This document shows, piece after piece, positions 9,334 to 18,379 of a stretch of DNA of 64,000 bases. Source of the stretch: a virus; the IMG/VR virus record IMGVR_UViG_3300037608_000032, positions 11,043 to 75,042 of that record; one strand, given 5' to 3'. Position 1 is the first letter of the stretch. Each line of letters starts with the position of its first letter. The notes under the pieces were generated by a model. It had not been told where the DNA came from. It made no database searches and was given only the letters and a program-made list of their open reading frames with translations. The position numbers and the translations under genes are program-made.

Positions 9334-11631
9334 ATGCACGAGATAGCCAAGCAGGCCATGGACCCCGCTGGAAAGCCGTTGCGGGCGCTGGTAGAAGAGT
9401 TCTACGGACCCACCGGGCCGCTCGCTGAGATGGGGTGGGAGATTAGATCGCAACAGGTGCAGATGTCTTTGGGCATCGTGGACCTGGTTGAGGCCCGCGC
9501 GAAGTCGGGGCGAGACGAAGAAGGCAACTTCATCTCACGAATTCCTCAATGGGGGTTCGTGGAAGCTCCTTGCGGTACGGGTAAAGGCCTGGCCTACGGT
9601 GTGCCGGGCGTGCTCATGGCGCTGAGGGCCAAGGTGGTCTTCAACGCGGCCGTGGCCAGGGCGAAGAAGGCGGGGACGCGAGTCCCGACTGAGCCCCCGA
9701 AGCTCCTGGTCTCCACGGCGAACATCGCGCTGCAGGAGCAGCTCGTCAAGAAGGACTTTCCTGCGTTGGCGAGGATGCTCGGGATCGAGGACGTGTTGAA
9801 GGTCGTACTTCTCAAGTCCCGACAGAACTACCTTTGCCGATACAAGATCCGGGCGCTCGGTGGGGAGCTCATCGCCGACGAAGAGATCGCGAAGCTCCTT
9901 CGGTGGTCTCGCCTTCCCGAGTGCTCCGGGGACAAGGAAGACCTGACCTGGGACTCTGGATGGCGATGGCAGGAGATGGCCGCTGGGTCGGACGAATGCA
10001 CCGGGGACGCCTGCGCTCACTTCACCGAGAAGGACGAGCCCGACGCGCCGAAGCTCTGTTTCTGGCGACGGGCGATCCGGGGCTACCTGACGGCTCATGT
10101 CGTCGTCACGAACCACCATTATCTGTGCGTGGCCGGGAAGCTCCAGACGTGCCTGCTGGCCGTGGACGAGTCGCATGACCTGGAGGACTGCCTTCGGTCT
10201 ACGGCGACGGGTCAGGTCACGCCGTTCTCAGGCAAGACGCTGGCGGGCAGGGTCCGGGTAGCGGGCCTGTCCGAGGACGAAGCCAAGGCAGCGGTAGACC
10301 GGCCGGTGAAGTGGCTCATGGACCGCGCTGCGGAATGGGTGGACGCCCAGCAGATTCCGGGCCAGCCGGCCCAGGACATGCTCAAGATGGTGCCGGGCTG
10401 GCTCGGAGCTGACCAGCCGGAAGCCGAGCGGTACGCCAACGGGCTGGAAGACCTCCTCGGAGATGTCGCCAAGGCCTGCTTCGCCTTCGGGTGCTCTCAG
10501 TTCCATCCGCGCGTGATGAAGCCTCCGAAGTTCGACGATTCTGAGGTATCGGACAAGGGCGGCAAGCTCGCGAAGACATGGGAGCAGCTCCTGGCGCTCT
10601 CCGAGCGATACCGCGCCGTCATCAACGCGGAGCCCTGCACGGAATGGCCGGGGTGCGATGATCCGTGGGCGTTCTGGTTCGAGCAAGTACGGGGCAAGAC
10701 CGGAGAAATCAGAGTCAACGCCAAGATGTCACCGGCGGACGTGTCTTGGGCGACGTCGGACATGGCAGCGAAGTACCCGCTGGCCGTGTTCACGACTGCA
10801 ACGATGCCGGACTACGAGCCCCAGCGGATCGCGCTTGGATTCGGGACCCGGACCGACGACGAAGGCAAGAAGATCGGCGCACCTGTTCCGACTTTTGAGA
10901 CCAGACTCCCATCCCCGTTTCCGCTCGCCGAGCAGGGCGTCTTGGTTGTGCCTCAAGGGCCGGAGCCGAATGACGTCGCATGGCCGGAGTGGGCGACCCG
11001 GCAGGTAGTCGAGACCGTCAAGCTGGCCGGCGGTGGGGTGCTCGTATTGGCGTCCTCGATGCGTCAGATGAATGCCTATGCCACGGCGCTTCGGAACGCA
11101 GCGTCAGGCCAGCCGTGGGACGTGCGGGTTCAGGGCGAGTCAGGCCGGGCGGAATTGCGGAACTGGTTCCGAGACGACCGAGACGGGGTGCTCGTAGCCA
11201 CGCGGTCCTTCTTCCAGGGCCTGGATGTCCAGGGGGACTCGTGCAGGTGCGTCGTGATTGACCGCGTGCCGTTCGCACGTCCGGATGACCCGATGGAGGA
11301 AGCTGTGGGGAAGCTCCTGGTGAGCCGGGCGCTCGACAACGGGCTGGACTCACCGTCGGCCTACACTTTGAGGTCCATCCCGCAAGCGGCGATGGTGCTG
11401 GCACAAGGGGCGGGTAGGCTGATCCGAAGCCAGACAGACCGCGGCGTAGTGGTCCTGCTCGACAACCGGGTCTTGAAGTTCGGGATCGGCTGGCAGACCC
11501 TGAAAGCCGCGCTACCCCCTTTCCCGATGTCCCGAGACCTTCGAGACGTCGCTAACCAGCTCGCCGGCAGACCGCTGGCGGGTGTTGCCCAGGCCCCACG
11601 GGGTAGGGTGTTGAGACGAGGTGCAGCTTGA
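9334..11631 (+). CDS. DinG/YoaA-family Fe-S helicase
   Basis: RSQQ Q-motif, EAPCGTGK, KSRQNYLC and further Cys, TNHHY, DESH, QGLDVQG, IDRVPF, QGAGRLIRS. Confidence 0.92.
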   Translation: MHEIAKQAMDPAGKPLRALVEEFYGPTGPLAEMGWEIRSQQVQMSLGIVDLVEARAKSGRDEEGNFISRIPQWGFVEAPCGTGKGLAYGVPGVLMALRAKVVFNAAVARAKKAGTRVPTEPPKLLVSTANIALQEQLVKKDFPALARMLGIEDVLKVVLLKSRQNYLCRYKIRALGGELIADEEIAKLLRWSRLPECSGDKEDLTWDSGWRWQEMAAGSDECTGDACAHFTEKDEPDAPKLCFWRRAIRGYLTAHVVVTNHHYLCVAGKLQTCLLAVDESHDLEDCLRSTATGQVTPFSGKTLAGRVRVAGLSEDEAKAAVDRPVKWLMDRAAEWVDAQQIPGQPAQDMLKMVPGWLGADQPEAERYANGLEDLLGDVAKACFAFGCSQFHPRVMKPPKFDDSEVSDKGGKLAKTWEQLLALSERYRAVINAEPCTEWPGCDDPWAFWFEQVRGKTGEIRVNAKMSPADVSWATSDMAAKYPLAVFTTATMPDYEPQRIALGFGTRTDDEGKKIGAPVPTFETRLPSPFPLAEQGVLVVPQGPEPNDVAWPEWATRQVVETVKLAGGGVLVLASSMRQMNAYATALRNAASGQPWDVRVQGESGRAELRNWFRDDRDGVLVATRSFFQGLDVQGDSCRCVVIDRVPFARPDDPMEEAVGKLLVSRALDNGLDSPSAYTLRSIPQAAMVLAQGAGRLIRSQTDRGVVVLLDNRVLKFGIGWQTLKAALPPFPMSRDLRDVANQLAGRPLAGVAQAPRGRVLRRGAA

Positions 11632-11924
11632 CCGACCGACCGACCATCATCACCCTTGACCCTACGACCCTGAAGGACAGCCTCCAGACCGACCCCGCGC
11701 TGCTGGCCTTGATGGACCGAGGGTACTCCATCGCCAGTACGTTGATCGTCCAGGACGGGGAGGAAGGGAGGGGACGCCTTGGGCTGATCCTCGTGCCGCC
11801 AGCCCAGCCCCCGCCTACTCCGGCGCTGTCTTGGCCTACCTGGACGCCTTGGGCCGTCGGGCTGGCCTTGGGGCTCCTGGGGGCCTTGGTGGCTCTGCTG
11901 TCGGTGTTGGTGGCTCGTGCCTGA
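11628..11924 (+). CDS. small membrane protein
   Basis: C-terminal hydrophobic helix; overlapping start/stop with neighbours. Confidence 0.6.
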   Translation: MTDRPTIITLDPTTLKDSLQTDPALLALMDRGYSIASTLIVQDGEEGRGRLGLILVPPAQPPPTPALSWPTWTPWAVGLALGLLGALVALLSVLVARA

Positions 11925-12606
11925 CCCTCGGTACCTCGACAAGGCCACGGACGCCGAATGGCCGACGCGCATGCCACCTTCCGTCTTGGGGGACTGGCAG
12001 GCCTTGACGAAGTGGCTGGCAGGGGTGTCTCCCGAGTACCGGGCCCGCGTCGTGTCCCTCTGCATCGAGCTGGATCTGGAGGCCGGGCGGGTGGCCTACC
12101 GGGACGCCATGGCGGCCGGAGAGCGGTTCAAGGCCGACCTGATCAAGCGCAACGGGCCGGCCGTGGTGGCCAGCGCCAAGGTCCTGTCGGCCTCGGTCGG
12201 TCGGGCCATGGACGCGCTGACGACGTGGCGGGCGGTGGGCTTGGCGGCGGTCCGGGCGACGGAACAGGCCCGGCAAGACCTGGAGGTCTTCAGGTGGGTC
12301 CGGGCGTCGTTCGTGAGAGTTGCTCGCACATGGAGCGATGTATCTGCGGCGAAGGGGGAGGGGATGACGAGGGACGACACGCCTGCGGGTGTGGCCAAGG
12401 CCCGTCGGGAGTTCGAGGACGAACAGCGCCGGAAGCGCGGGGCTGGCGCGAAGGATGACGATGTGCTCGTGAGCACAGCGCCGGTGAAGGACGCCTACAT
12501 TGCCGAAGAGACGGCCAACCAGGCGAAGCGAGACCGGGCAGACGCCGAAGACCGGGCGAAGGCTACTACGAAGTCCACGCCAAAGGGCGGACTGTTCGGA
12601 GGTTGA
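11917..12606 (+). CDS. hypothetical protein
   Basis: coupled to neighbours; ends GGLFGG. Confidence 0.6.
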   Translation: MPDPRYLDKATDAEWPTRMPPSVLGDWQALTKWLAGVSPEYRARVVSLCIELDLEAGRVAYRDAMAAGERFKADLIKRNGPAVVASAKVLSASVGRAMDALTTWRAVGLAAVRATEQARQDLEVFRWVRASFVRVARTWSDVSAAKGEGMTRDDTPAGVAKARREFEDEQRRKRGAGAKDDDVLVSTAPVKDAYIAEETANQAKRDRADAEDRAKATTKSTPKGGLFGG

Positions 12607-13061
12607 CCGTGCTTCACCTGACTTGCTGGGGGCCGAAGGGCCTGAGATATCTAGGACATGGACGTGCCTTGACCATCATGGCCCTGCCCCGCCAGTGGGA
12701 GGTTGGTGACGGCTCGGTGACGGTGCTTGTCCCTTCCGGCGATGTGATCCGCATGATGCGGGCAGCGCTGGACGCGCGCAAGAACCCGCTCTTCGCTGGA
12801 CGCGAGCCCTTGAACCGCTATCAGGCGGTCTACGAGGCTGGGCTTCAAGGTGTGCTGGACGCGGGGCAGCTCGCACCCGGAAAACTGATGGCCCGGACAG
12901 GGCTGCACAGGTTCCCGGTCGCTGATGGAGACTCCCTGATGTGCGCGTGTCAACCGGGGGAAGAGTGCCACCGTCAGTGGGCCGCTCGGTTCTTGATGCG
13001 TGCCGGTTGGCGGGTTTCGTTGGACGGACAGGAGTTGACTTCATGTGCAAGCAACTTGTGA
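12603..13061 (+). CDS. DUF488/DUF4326-like protein
   Basis: LMCACQPGEECHR motif. Confidence 0.5.
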   Translation: MTVLHLTCWGPKGLRYLGHGRALTIMALPRQWEVGDGSVTVLVPSGDVIRMMRAALDARKNPLFAGREPLNRYQAVYEAGLQGVLDAGQLAPGKLMARTGLHRFPVADGDSLMCACQPGEECHRQWAARFLMRAGWRVSLDGQELTSCASNL

Positions 13062-13126
13062 GACTTCCGGTGTTCGTGGCTTTCGGGGTGTGCCTGCTGA
13101 TGGTCGCTTGGTGGAGAACGAGGTGA
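13043..13126 (+). CDS. 27-aa membrane peptide
   Basis: AGGAG RBS, MCKQLVRLPVFVAFGVCLLMVAWWRTR, stop overlaps the methylase GTG. Confidence 0.45.
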   Translation: MCKQLVRLPVFVAFGVCLLMVAWWRTR

Positions 13127-14601
13127 GAGACATCGTGGCGGTGGACCTGTTCGCGGGAGGCGGGGGTGCTTCGGAGGGGATGCGCAGGGCTGGGGGGAAC
13201 GTCGTGATCGCGGTCGACCATGACCCGGCTTCGATCTTGATGCACACGGCGAACCATCCAGAAACGATCCACTTTGAGAAGTCGGTCTTTGAGGTTTCGC
13301 CGAATGTCGTAGGCCGGAAGGTGGACCTGCTCTGGGCATCGCCGGACTGCACGCATTTTCCCAGAGCGAAGGGCGGCAAGCCTCGAAAGAAGGAGATTCG
13401 GGATCTCGCATGGGTCGTTGTCGAGTGGGCGCAAGCCGTCCGACCGGACGTAATTTGCATGGAAAATGTGCAGGAATTCCTGACGTGGGGCCCCCTGGAC
13501 GAAGAGGGCCAGCCCATCAAAAAGCAGGCAGGCGAGACGTTTCAGGTCTTCGTGGCTCGGCTTCGGTTGCTCGGGTATCGCGTAGACTGGCGCGTCCTGT
13601 GCGCGGCTGACTACGGAGCCCCCACTTCGAGACGACGGCTCTTTCTGGTTGCTCGGGGCGATGGAGAGCCCGTGGTCTGGCCGGAGCCGACGCACGGTAA
13701 GGGACGCGAGTCCTACCGGACGGCTGCGGAGTGCATTGACTGGTCTTTGCTGTGCCCCTCGATATTCGAGCGCAAGAAGCCGCTGGCTGAGGCGACACAA
13801 CGCCGCATCGCCGAAGGGGTGCGACGGTACGTCCTGGAGGCGGCTCACCCGTTCCTGGTACGGTACAATTCTGAGCATCCTGGACAACGACCGCGCGTGG
13901 AGTCGGTAGACGACGTATTCCCGACGGTGACGACCGAGAACCGGTTCGGACTGGTCATACCTTCCCTGAACCATCACCGGGGGAAGTCGGTGGGCAGAAA
14001 GATCGATGCACCTGCACCGACTATTACCGCGTCGTTCGGTGGGCACCTGGGGCTTGTGTCGGCGTTCCTGGCGAAGCACTACGGCGGACCGAACGGGTAT
14101 CAGAATCGGGGTCTCGCAGTAGACGAGCCTCTCGGTACGGTGACGGCCGTTGACCATCATGGCCTCGTCGCAGTCTTCCTCGACAAGCTCCACGGGTCTG
14201 CACTGGCAGGCCAACCCATCGACATTCCAGCACTGACGGTGACGACTGGCGGTGGACGTGGTGGTGGTCATGCTGCGTTGGTCGCGGTGTTCCTGACGAA
14301 GTTCTACGGGCAGGGCTCGCAGGCTCAATGCGTAGGGGCGCCGCTCGATACCATCGTCTCGAAGGACCGCTTCGGGCTCGTGTTCGTGACGCTGGACGGT
14401 GAGTCCTACGTCCTGGCTGACATCGGCATGCGGATGCTCCAGCCCCGCGAGTTGGCCCGTGCTCAAGGGTTCCAGGATTCCTACATTCTGACCGGGACGA
14501 AGGCTCAACAGGTAGCCAGGATCGGGAACTCGGTGCCGCCCGCTGTGGTGGTTGCCGTGGTTCGTGCCCAATTCGGGAGACGGACGAAGAAGGGGACGTA
14601 G
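13123..14601 (+). CDS. C5-cytosine DNA methyltransferase
   Basis: DLFAGGGG, WASPDC, MENV, RRRLF, AQGF, IGNSV. Confidence 0.93.
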   Translation: MRDIVAVDLFAGGGGASEGMRRAGGNVVIAVDHDPASILMHTANHPETIHFEKSVFEVSPNVVGRKVDLLWASPDCTHFPRAKGGKPRKKEIRDLAWVVVEWAQAVRPDVICMENVQEFLTWGPLDEEGQPIKKQAGETFQVFVARLRLLGYRVDWRVLCAADYGAPTSRRRLFLVARGDGEPVVWPEPTHGKGRESYRTAAECIDWSLLCPSIFERKKPLAEATQRRIAEGVRRYVLEAAHPFLVRYNSEHPGQRPRVESVDDVFPTVTTENRFGLVIPSLNHHRGKSVGRKIDAPAPTITASFGGHLGLVSAFLAKHYGGPNGYQNRGLAVDEPLGTVTAVDHHGLVAVFLDKLHGSALAGQPIDIPALTVTTGGGRGGGHAALVAVFLTKFYGQGSQAQCVGAPLDTIVSKDRFGLVFVTLDGESYVLADIGMRMLQPRELARAQGFQDSYILTGTKAQQVARIGNSVPPAVVVAVVRAQFGRRTKKGT

Positions 14602-14639
14602 GGGCTACTACGTCAGCGAACCTTCACCAAGGGAAGCTG

Positions 14640-14840
14640 ATGGGACAAGGAGCGATTGCCGCGTTGTTGTTGCTGGGCATGGAACCGACAGAAGCCGAGA
14701 TGTTCCATGCCCTCGGGGACAAGCAGGAGACTTTCCTGAACGGCTGGACCATCCGAAGGTGCATGGACTGCGGGAAGCCTGTTGCAGGTGGTCCTACTCG
14801 ATGCGTTCTCTGTGCTGACATTGCTGGGGGTGAGGGGTGA
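14640..14840 (+). CDS. small Zn-finger protein
   Basis: CMDCG...CVLC; stop overlaps next start. Confidence 0.55.
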   Translation: MGQGAIAALLLLGMEPTEAEMFHALGDKQETFLNGWTIRRCMDCGKPVAGGPTRCVLCADIAGGEG

Positions 14841-15343
14841 AAGCTCTCACGCTCTGGCCTGAGTGGCTGTTCGCTATCCTGTACCTCGGGAAGCGGATCG
14901 AGAACAGGCCTCGGTCTCCGAAGTGGTACGGGCTTCAACCGGGAGACTGGTTCGCCCTGCACGCGGGGGTCAACAGGCCGACGCTTCAGCGGATCTCCGA
15001 CGTCGGGGACATGGCGCTGAGGGCCGGAGTGCGAGGGATGACCTTCAAGGCCGACGGGAGTATCAAGTACGAGGGGCAGGTGCTCTCGCGTGAGACGTGC
15101 CCCTTGGGCGTCATCCCGGCGATGGCCCGTCTCGGTTCTGCGTGCCTCGGGTTCGCTCGCCCATGGGGCGTCGAAGACCAGTGGCAGTGGTCGCTTGACG
15201 AGGTGCGGGTGCTCCCGGAGCCGGTCTCATGCAAGGGCCATCAAGGCGGGTGGTTCGTGCCTGATGAAGTAGAGGCTCGCATCCGCAAGCAACTTCCGAG
15301 CCTGCCAGGGCTCCACGGCGAGCAAGGGGGCTTCTTCGGGTAG
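14837..15343 (+). CDS. ASCH-domain protein
   Basis: MKALTLWPEW...GKRIENR, ALHAG, PVSCKGHQGGW. Confidence 0.85.
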   Translation: MKALTLWPEWLFAILYLGKRIENRPRSPKWYGLQPGDWFALHAGVNRPTLQRISDVGDMALRAGVRGMTFKADGSIKYEGQVLSRETCPLGVIPAMARLGSACLGFARPWGVEDQWQWSLDEVRVLPEPVSCKGHQGGWFVPDEVEARIRKQLPSLPGLHGEQGGFFG

Positions 15344-15359
15344 GTACGCACCGCCACCC

Positions 15360-15388
15360 GTGAAAAGTCCTTGCAGGTGTGGTATCTT
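15360..15388 (+). promoter_or_regulatory. sigma70-like promoter with extended -10
   Basis: GTGAAA-N17-TATCTT with TGn before -10. Confidence 0.45.
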
Positions 15389-15441
15389 TTCGGAGCAGGG
15401 ACGAAAGACGGTACGAAAGTACGAGCCCCCGAAGGATCAGG

Positions 15442-16215
15442 ATGACCGAGATCGAACCACAATCGAAGCAACTCGCGAAAAGAGGCGGTGAAACCTCCAA
15501 CGCGCATCGGGCCTTCCTTTTGTGGCTCATGCAGGACCCTGGAAAGAAAGGGGCACGGACGAATACCGCGACCGCCAAGGCAGTAAAGAAGACCGAAGGA
15601 GCAGTTAGAAAGTGGCGTATCGCGTTCGAGTGGGACGAACGGGCGCGGGTTCTTGGGCTCGGTGCTGATGCGATGGCCGCGCGGGTCTATGCCGAGAAGT
15701 ACCCTGGCAAGGGGCCGGTGGAAGTCTCGCGGATAATCCACTTGATGAGCGTGCAATTCGTGAGGGAGGACGGGACGGTGCCGGAACCTGTGCCGCAACC
15801 TCCACCCGAGCCAGCGATACCGCTTGAACGGCAACGAGACGCCAAGGCAGAAGACGCGCGGAACGTCGCGAAACGACGGATGACCCTGATTCTGGACGCC
15901 GCAGAAGGTACGCTGGCCAAGGCGCTCCAAGACGGCAAGGCCAGGGTCAACATCGCGGACCTGGCCATCGTTCAGAAGCTTCGGCGTGACCTACAAGACG
16001 GACCGACCGCAGCCCAGATCAAGGACCCGCTGGCGACGTCGGTTCGAGTCGAGGAAGCCGTGAAGCGTGGAGCTGACTGGAACGAGGCTCTACAGGAAGA
16101 CCTGGAGGAGATGGGGTTGATACTCGGGATTCTCCGGACTTCTACCGAGGTATCGAACGTCCTACCCTTTCCTGGCGGCCGGCCGGTGCTGGAGAAGGTG
16201 GCAAGCGGGGAGTAG
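15442..16215 (+). CDS. HTH protein, probable terminase small subunit
   Basis: ETxxAxxAF...RT...A......VRKW...EWDERA pattern seen in phage TerS-like proteins. Confidence 0.55.
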   Translation: MTEIEPQSKQLAKRGGETSNAHRAFLLWLMQDPGKKGARTNTATAKAVKKTEGAVRKWRIAFEWDERARVLGLGADAMAARVYAEKYPGKGPVEVSRIIHLMSVQFVREDGTVPEPVPQPPPEPAIPLERQRDAKAEDARNVAKRRMTLILDAAEGTLAKALQDGKARVNIADLAIVQKLRRDLQDGPTAAQIKDPLATSVRVEEAVKRGADWNEALQEDLEEMGLILGILRTSTEVSNVLPFPGGRPVLEKVASGE

Positions 16216-16254
16216 GGGCTACTACTTCGGTGAACCCAACCCCAGGAGTGGAGC

Positions 16255-16527
16255 ATGAGAACCACAGAACGGGATAGAAATCTATTCGGCGCGGCGTTCC
16301 TCGATGACGTCATTGACGTCATTGAGTACATCGCCGACAACTTCGACCCGGGCGAAGTGTTCGAGCCGGAGACCCTCAAGGAGTGGGTCCGTGATACCTT
16401 TTCTCCTGACGAGGTCTTCGGCGGGCGCAAGGTGGATGATTGGGTCCGCGACAGCCGCAACCCCGATGACGTGTTTTCTACGTCTCAGCTTGAGGAATGG
16501 GCTGAGGCCGACGGCTACACGAAGTAG
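16255..16527 (+). CDS. acidic hypothetical protein with three internal repeats
   Basis: PxEVF......EW repeated three times; GGAG RBS. Confidence 0.65.
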   Translation: MRTTERDRNLFGAAFLDDVIDVIEYIADNFDPGEVFEPETLKEWVRDTFSPDEVFGGRKVDDWVRDSRNPDDVFSTSQLEEWAEADGYTK

Positions 16528-16573
16528 CTTGCAGGCGTTACCACTTATTCCACCTTCGACTCTGGAGGCCTTC

Positions 16574-17200
16574 ATGGGCCAGGCACGATGGGATCTCCTG
16601 AACGCCCTTGCTTACCAGCTTGGAGCGGTCCGCTACCTCGAAATAGGCGTCCAGTCTGGCAACTGCTTCTCACGAGTGGAGTGCCCCGAGAAGATCGGGG
16701 TTGACCCAGCGGGCGGGTGCGCGACCGTCAGGGCTACGTCAGACGCCTACTTCAAGAGCTTGCCTCCGGGGTTCACCTTCGATCTCGTCTTCGTGGACGG
16801 GCTCCATCACCGGGAGCAGGTCTGCCGAGACATCGTCAATGCCTGGGAGCACCTGACGCCGGGCGGGGCCATCCTGGTTCACGACTGCGACCCGCCGACG
16901 GAGCATTCTGGTAGGCGGGGCCTGTGCGGGGGCATCTGGTGCGGGGACGTGTGGCGCGGGTGGATGGACGCGAGACACCAACTCGGGCCCGAAGCCTGGA
17001 TGGGCGTTGTCGAGACGGACCTCGGATGCGGGCTCGTCTTGCCCGGTGGTGCCGTCAGGTCGTCGCCGGTGCCGTGGTCCAAGGAAGAAACCGACCGGGC
17101 CGGGTGGGATTTCTTCGTGGCGCATCGCCGGGAGTGGCTGAACCTCGTCTCGGTGGATGAATTCAGATGGCTCGTGTCGAGACTCGCGAGGATTCGCTGA
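16574..17200 (+). CDS. class I SAM methyltransferase (Methyltransf_24-like)
   Basis: YLEIGVQSG, FDLVFVDGLH, LTPGGAILVHD. Confidence 0.85.
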   Translation: MGQARWDLLNALAYQLGAVRYLEIGVQSGNCFSRVECPEKIGVDPAGGCATVRATSDAYFKSLPPGFTFDLVFVDGLHHREQVCRDIVNAWEHLTPGGAILVHDCDPPTEHSGRRGLCGGIWCGDVWRGWMDARHQLGPEAWMGVVETDLGCGLVLPGGAVRSSPVPWSKEETDRAGWDFFVAHRREWLNLVSVDEFRWLVSRLARIR

Positions 17201-17727
17201 TGCATGTCGAGATCCTGGACTTTCTACGTCGTGCCCGCGACGAAGCCGAAGTACCAGCGTCCCTCGCGGGTCTGTCGGTTGTCGAGTTCGGGAGCTACAT
17301 CATCAACGGCTCACCGCGAGAAGTCTTTACAGGTGCGGGGACTTATATAGGGGTGGACTGGCGGGCCGGGCCAGGGGTGGACGTGGTCTCGCTGGCTCAC
17401 GACGTCGCGGTTGACAGGGCGGACATCGTCCTGTGCTGCCAGGTCTTCGAGCATGATCCGCACTGGGAGCGGACCGTCAGGAAGGCGTGCGAGATGATAC
17501 GAGCGGGAGGCTGGCTGTTCTTCACATGGGCCGGGCCTGGGTATCAGGAACACGAGTTGGCGACGGCCCCGTCTGTCGATGGGGGGAGTCGATACTACCG
17601 GAACCTGCCCACGGAGGACGTGGTGGAAGGGGTCCTCAAGGTTCTACCCGACGCCTTGGTCGTCGCGGGATACCAACGGGGCACGCTGGATGCGTGCTTG
17701 TGGGCGTGGTGGCGGCCGGAGTTCTGA
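17200..17727 (+). CDS. class I SAM methyltransferase
   Basis: VVEFGS, YIGVD, CQVFEHDP, GGWLFFT; TGATG coupling. Confidence 0.8.
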   Translation: MHVEILDFLRRARDEAEVPASLAGLSVVEFGSYIINGSPREVFTGAGTYIGVDWRAGPGVDVVSLAHDVAVDRADIVLCCQVFEHDPHWERTVRKACEMIRAGGWLFFTWAGPGYQEHELATAPSVDGGSRYYRNLPTEDVVEGVLKVLPDALVVAGYQRGTLDACLWAWWRPEF

Positions 17728-17776
17728 TCTCTCCGGTGATGTCCCGTTATACTGGCGGATGAAAGGAGGGTGTTGA

Positions 17777-18379
17777 ATGCCCCGTGCGAAGAAGAAGACC
17801 GACCCCGTCAAGGAAGCCCTTGCTCAAGCCGCGCCTGTTTGGCGGCTGGCGAAGATTGCCGAGCTACATCAGGACCCGACGAACGCCAGGAAGCACGGGG
17901 ACAGGAACCGTGAAGTAGTCCGGGCTTCATTGGAGACCTTCGGGCAGGTCGAGAACCTCGTAGTCGAGCGGGGCACCGGAAAGGTGCTCGGTGGCAACTG
18001 CCGGCTTGACGAGTTGATCGCCCTCGGCCGTGACGAGGTGATGATCGCCGAAGTGGATGTTCACGGACCGGCGGCGACGAAGCTGGCACTGGTCCTGAAT
18101 CGGTCTGCGGAGCTGGCCGAGTGGGACCCCGTTGGGCTGGCCGACGTGGTGCGGGAGCTTCAAGGGAGCTTCGACGGGTTGGCGGACATCGGGTGGGATC
18201 CGAAGGAGCTTGAGAAGATCGTCGGCAGGCAGGAGGCCCCGATAGTCACTGGGAACGCTCCGGTAACGGACCTTGAGCAGCGGTTCGACATCGTCGTGGA
18301 GTGCGGCGATTACAAGGAGCAGGAGGCTCTACTGGCTCGACTACTGACGGAAGGTGTGAAATGCCGACCGATCATGTAG
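17777..18379 (+). CDS. ParB/Srx-like N-terminal domain protein
   Basis: PTNARKH, SLETFGQ, VLGGNCR, LNRSAELAEWD; AGGAGG RBS. Confidence 0.85.
   Translation: MPRAKKKTDPVKEALAQAAPVWRLAKIAELHQDPTNARKHGDRNREVVRASLETFGQVENLVVERGTGKVLGGNCRLDELIALGRDEVMIAEVDVHGPAATKLALVLNRSAELAEWDPVGLADVVRELQGSFDGLADIGWDPKELEKIVGRQEAPIVTGNAPVTDLEQRFDIVVECGDYKEQEALLARLLTEGVKCRPIM

Noticed and set aside
1419-11631. Type IV CRISPR system (Cas4-like + DinG)
   Set aside because: No Cas7/Cas5/Cas6-like genes or array; both genes sit in a standard phage replication module
13880-14380. Repeated LV..FL.K..G...P..T.T units in the methylase
   Set aside because: Typical variable-region repeats of phage C5 methylases
12676-14571. 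631-aa minus-strand ORF
   Set aside because: Antisense shadow of the methylase; no motifs
17777-18379. Plasmid-prophage partition system
   Set aside because: No ParA and no HTH domain evident; the adjacent ATPase is ABC-type fused to GNAT
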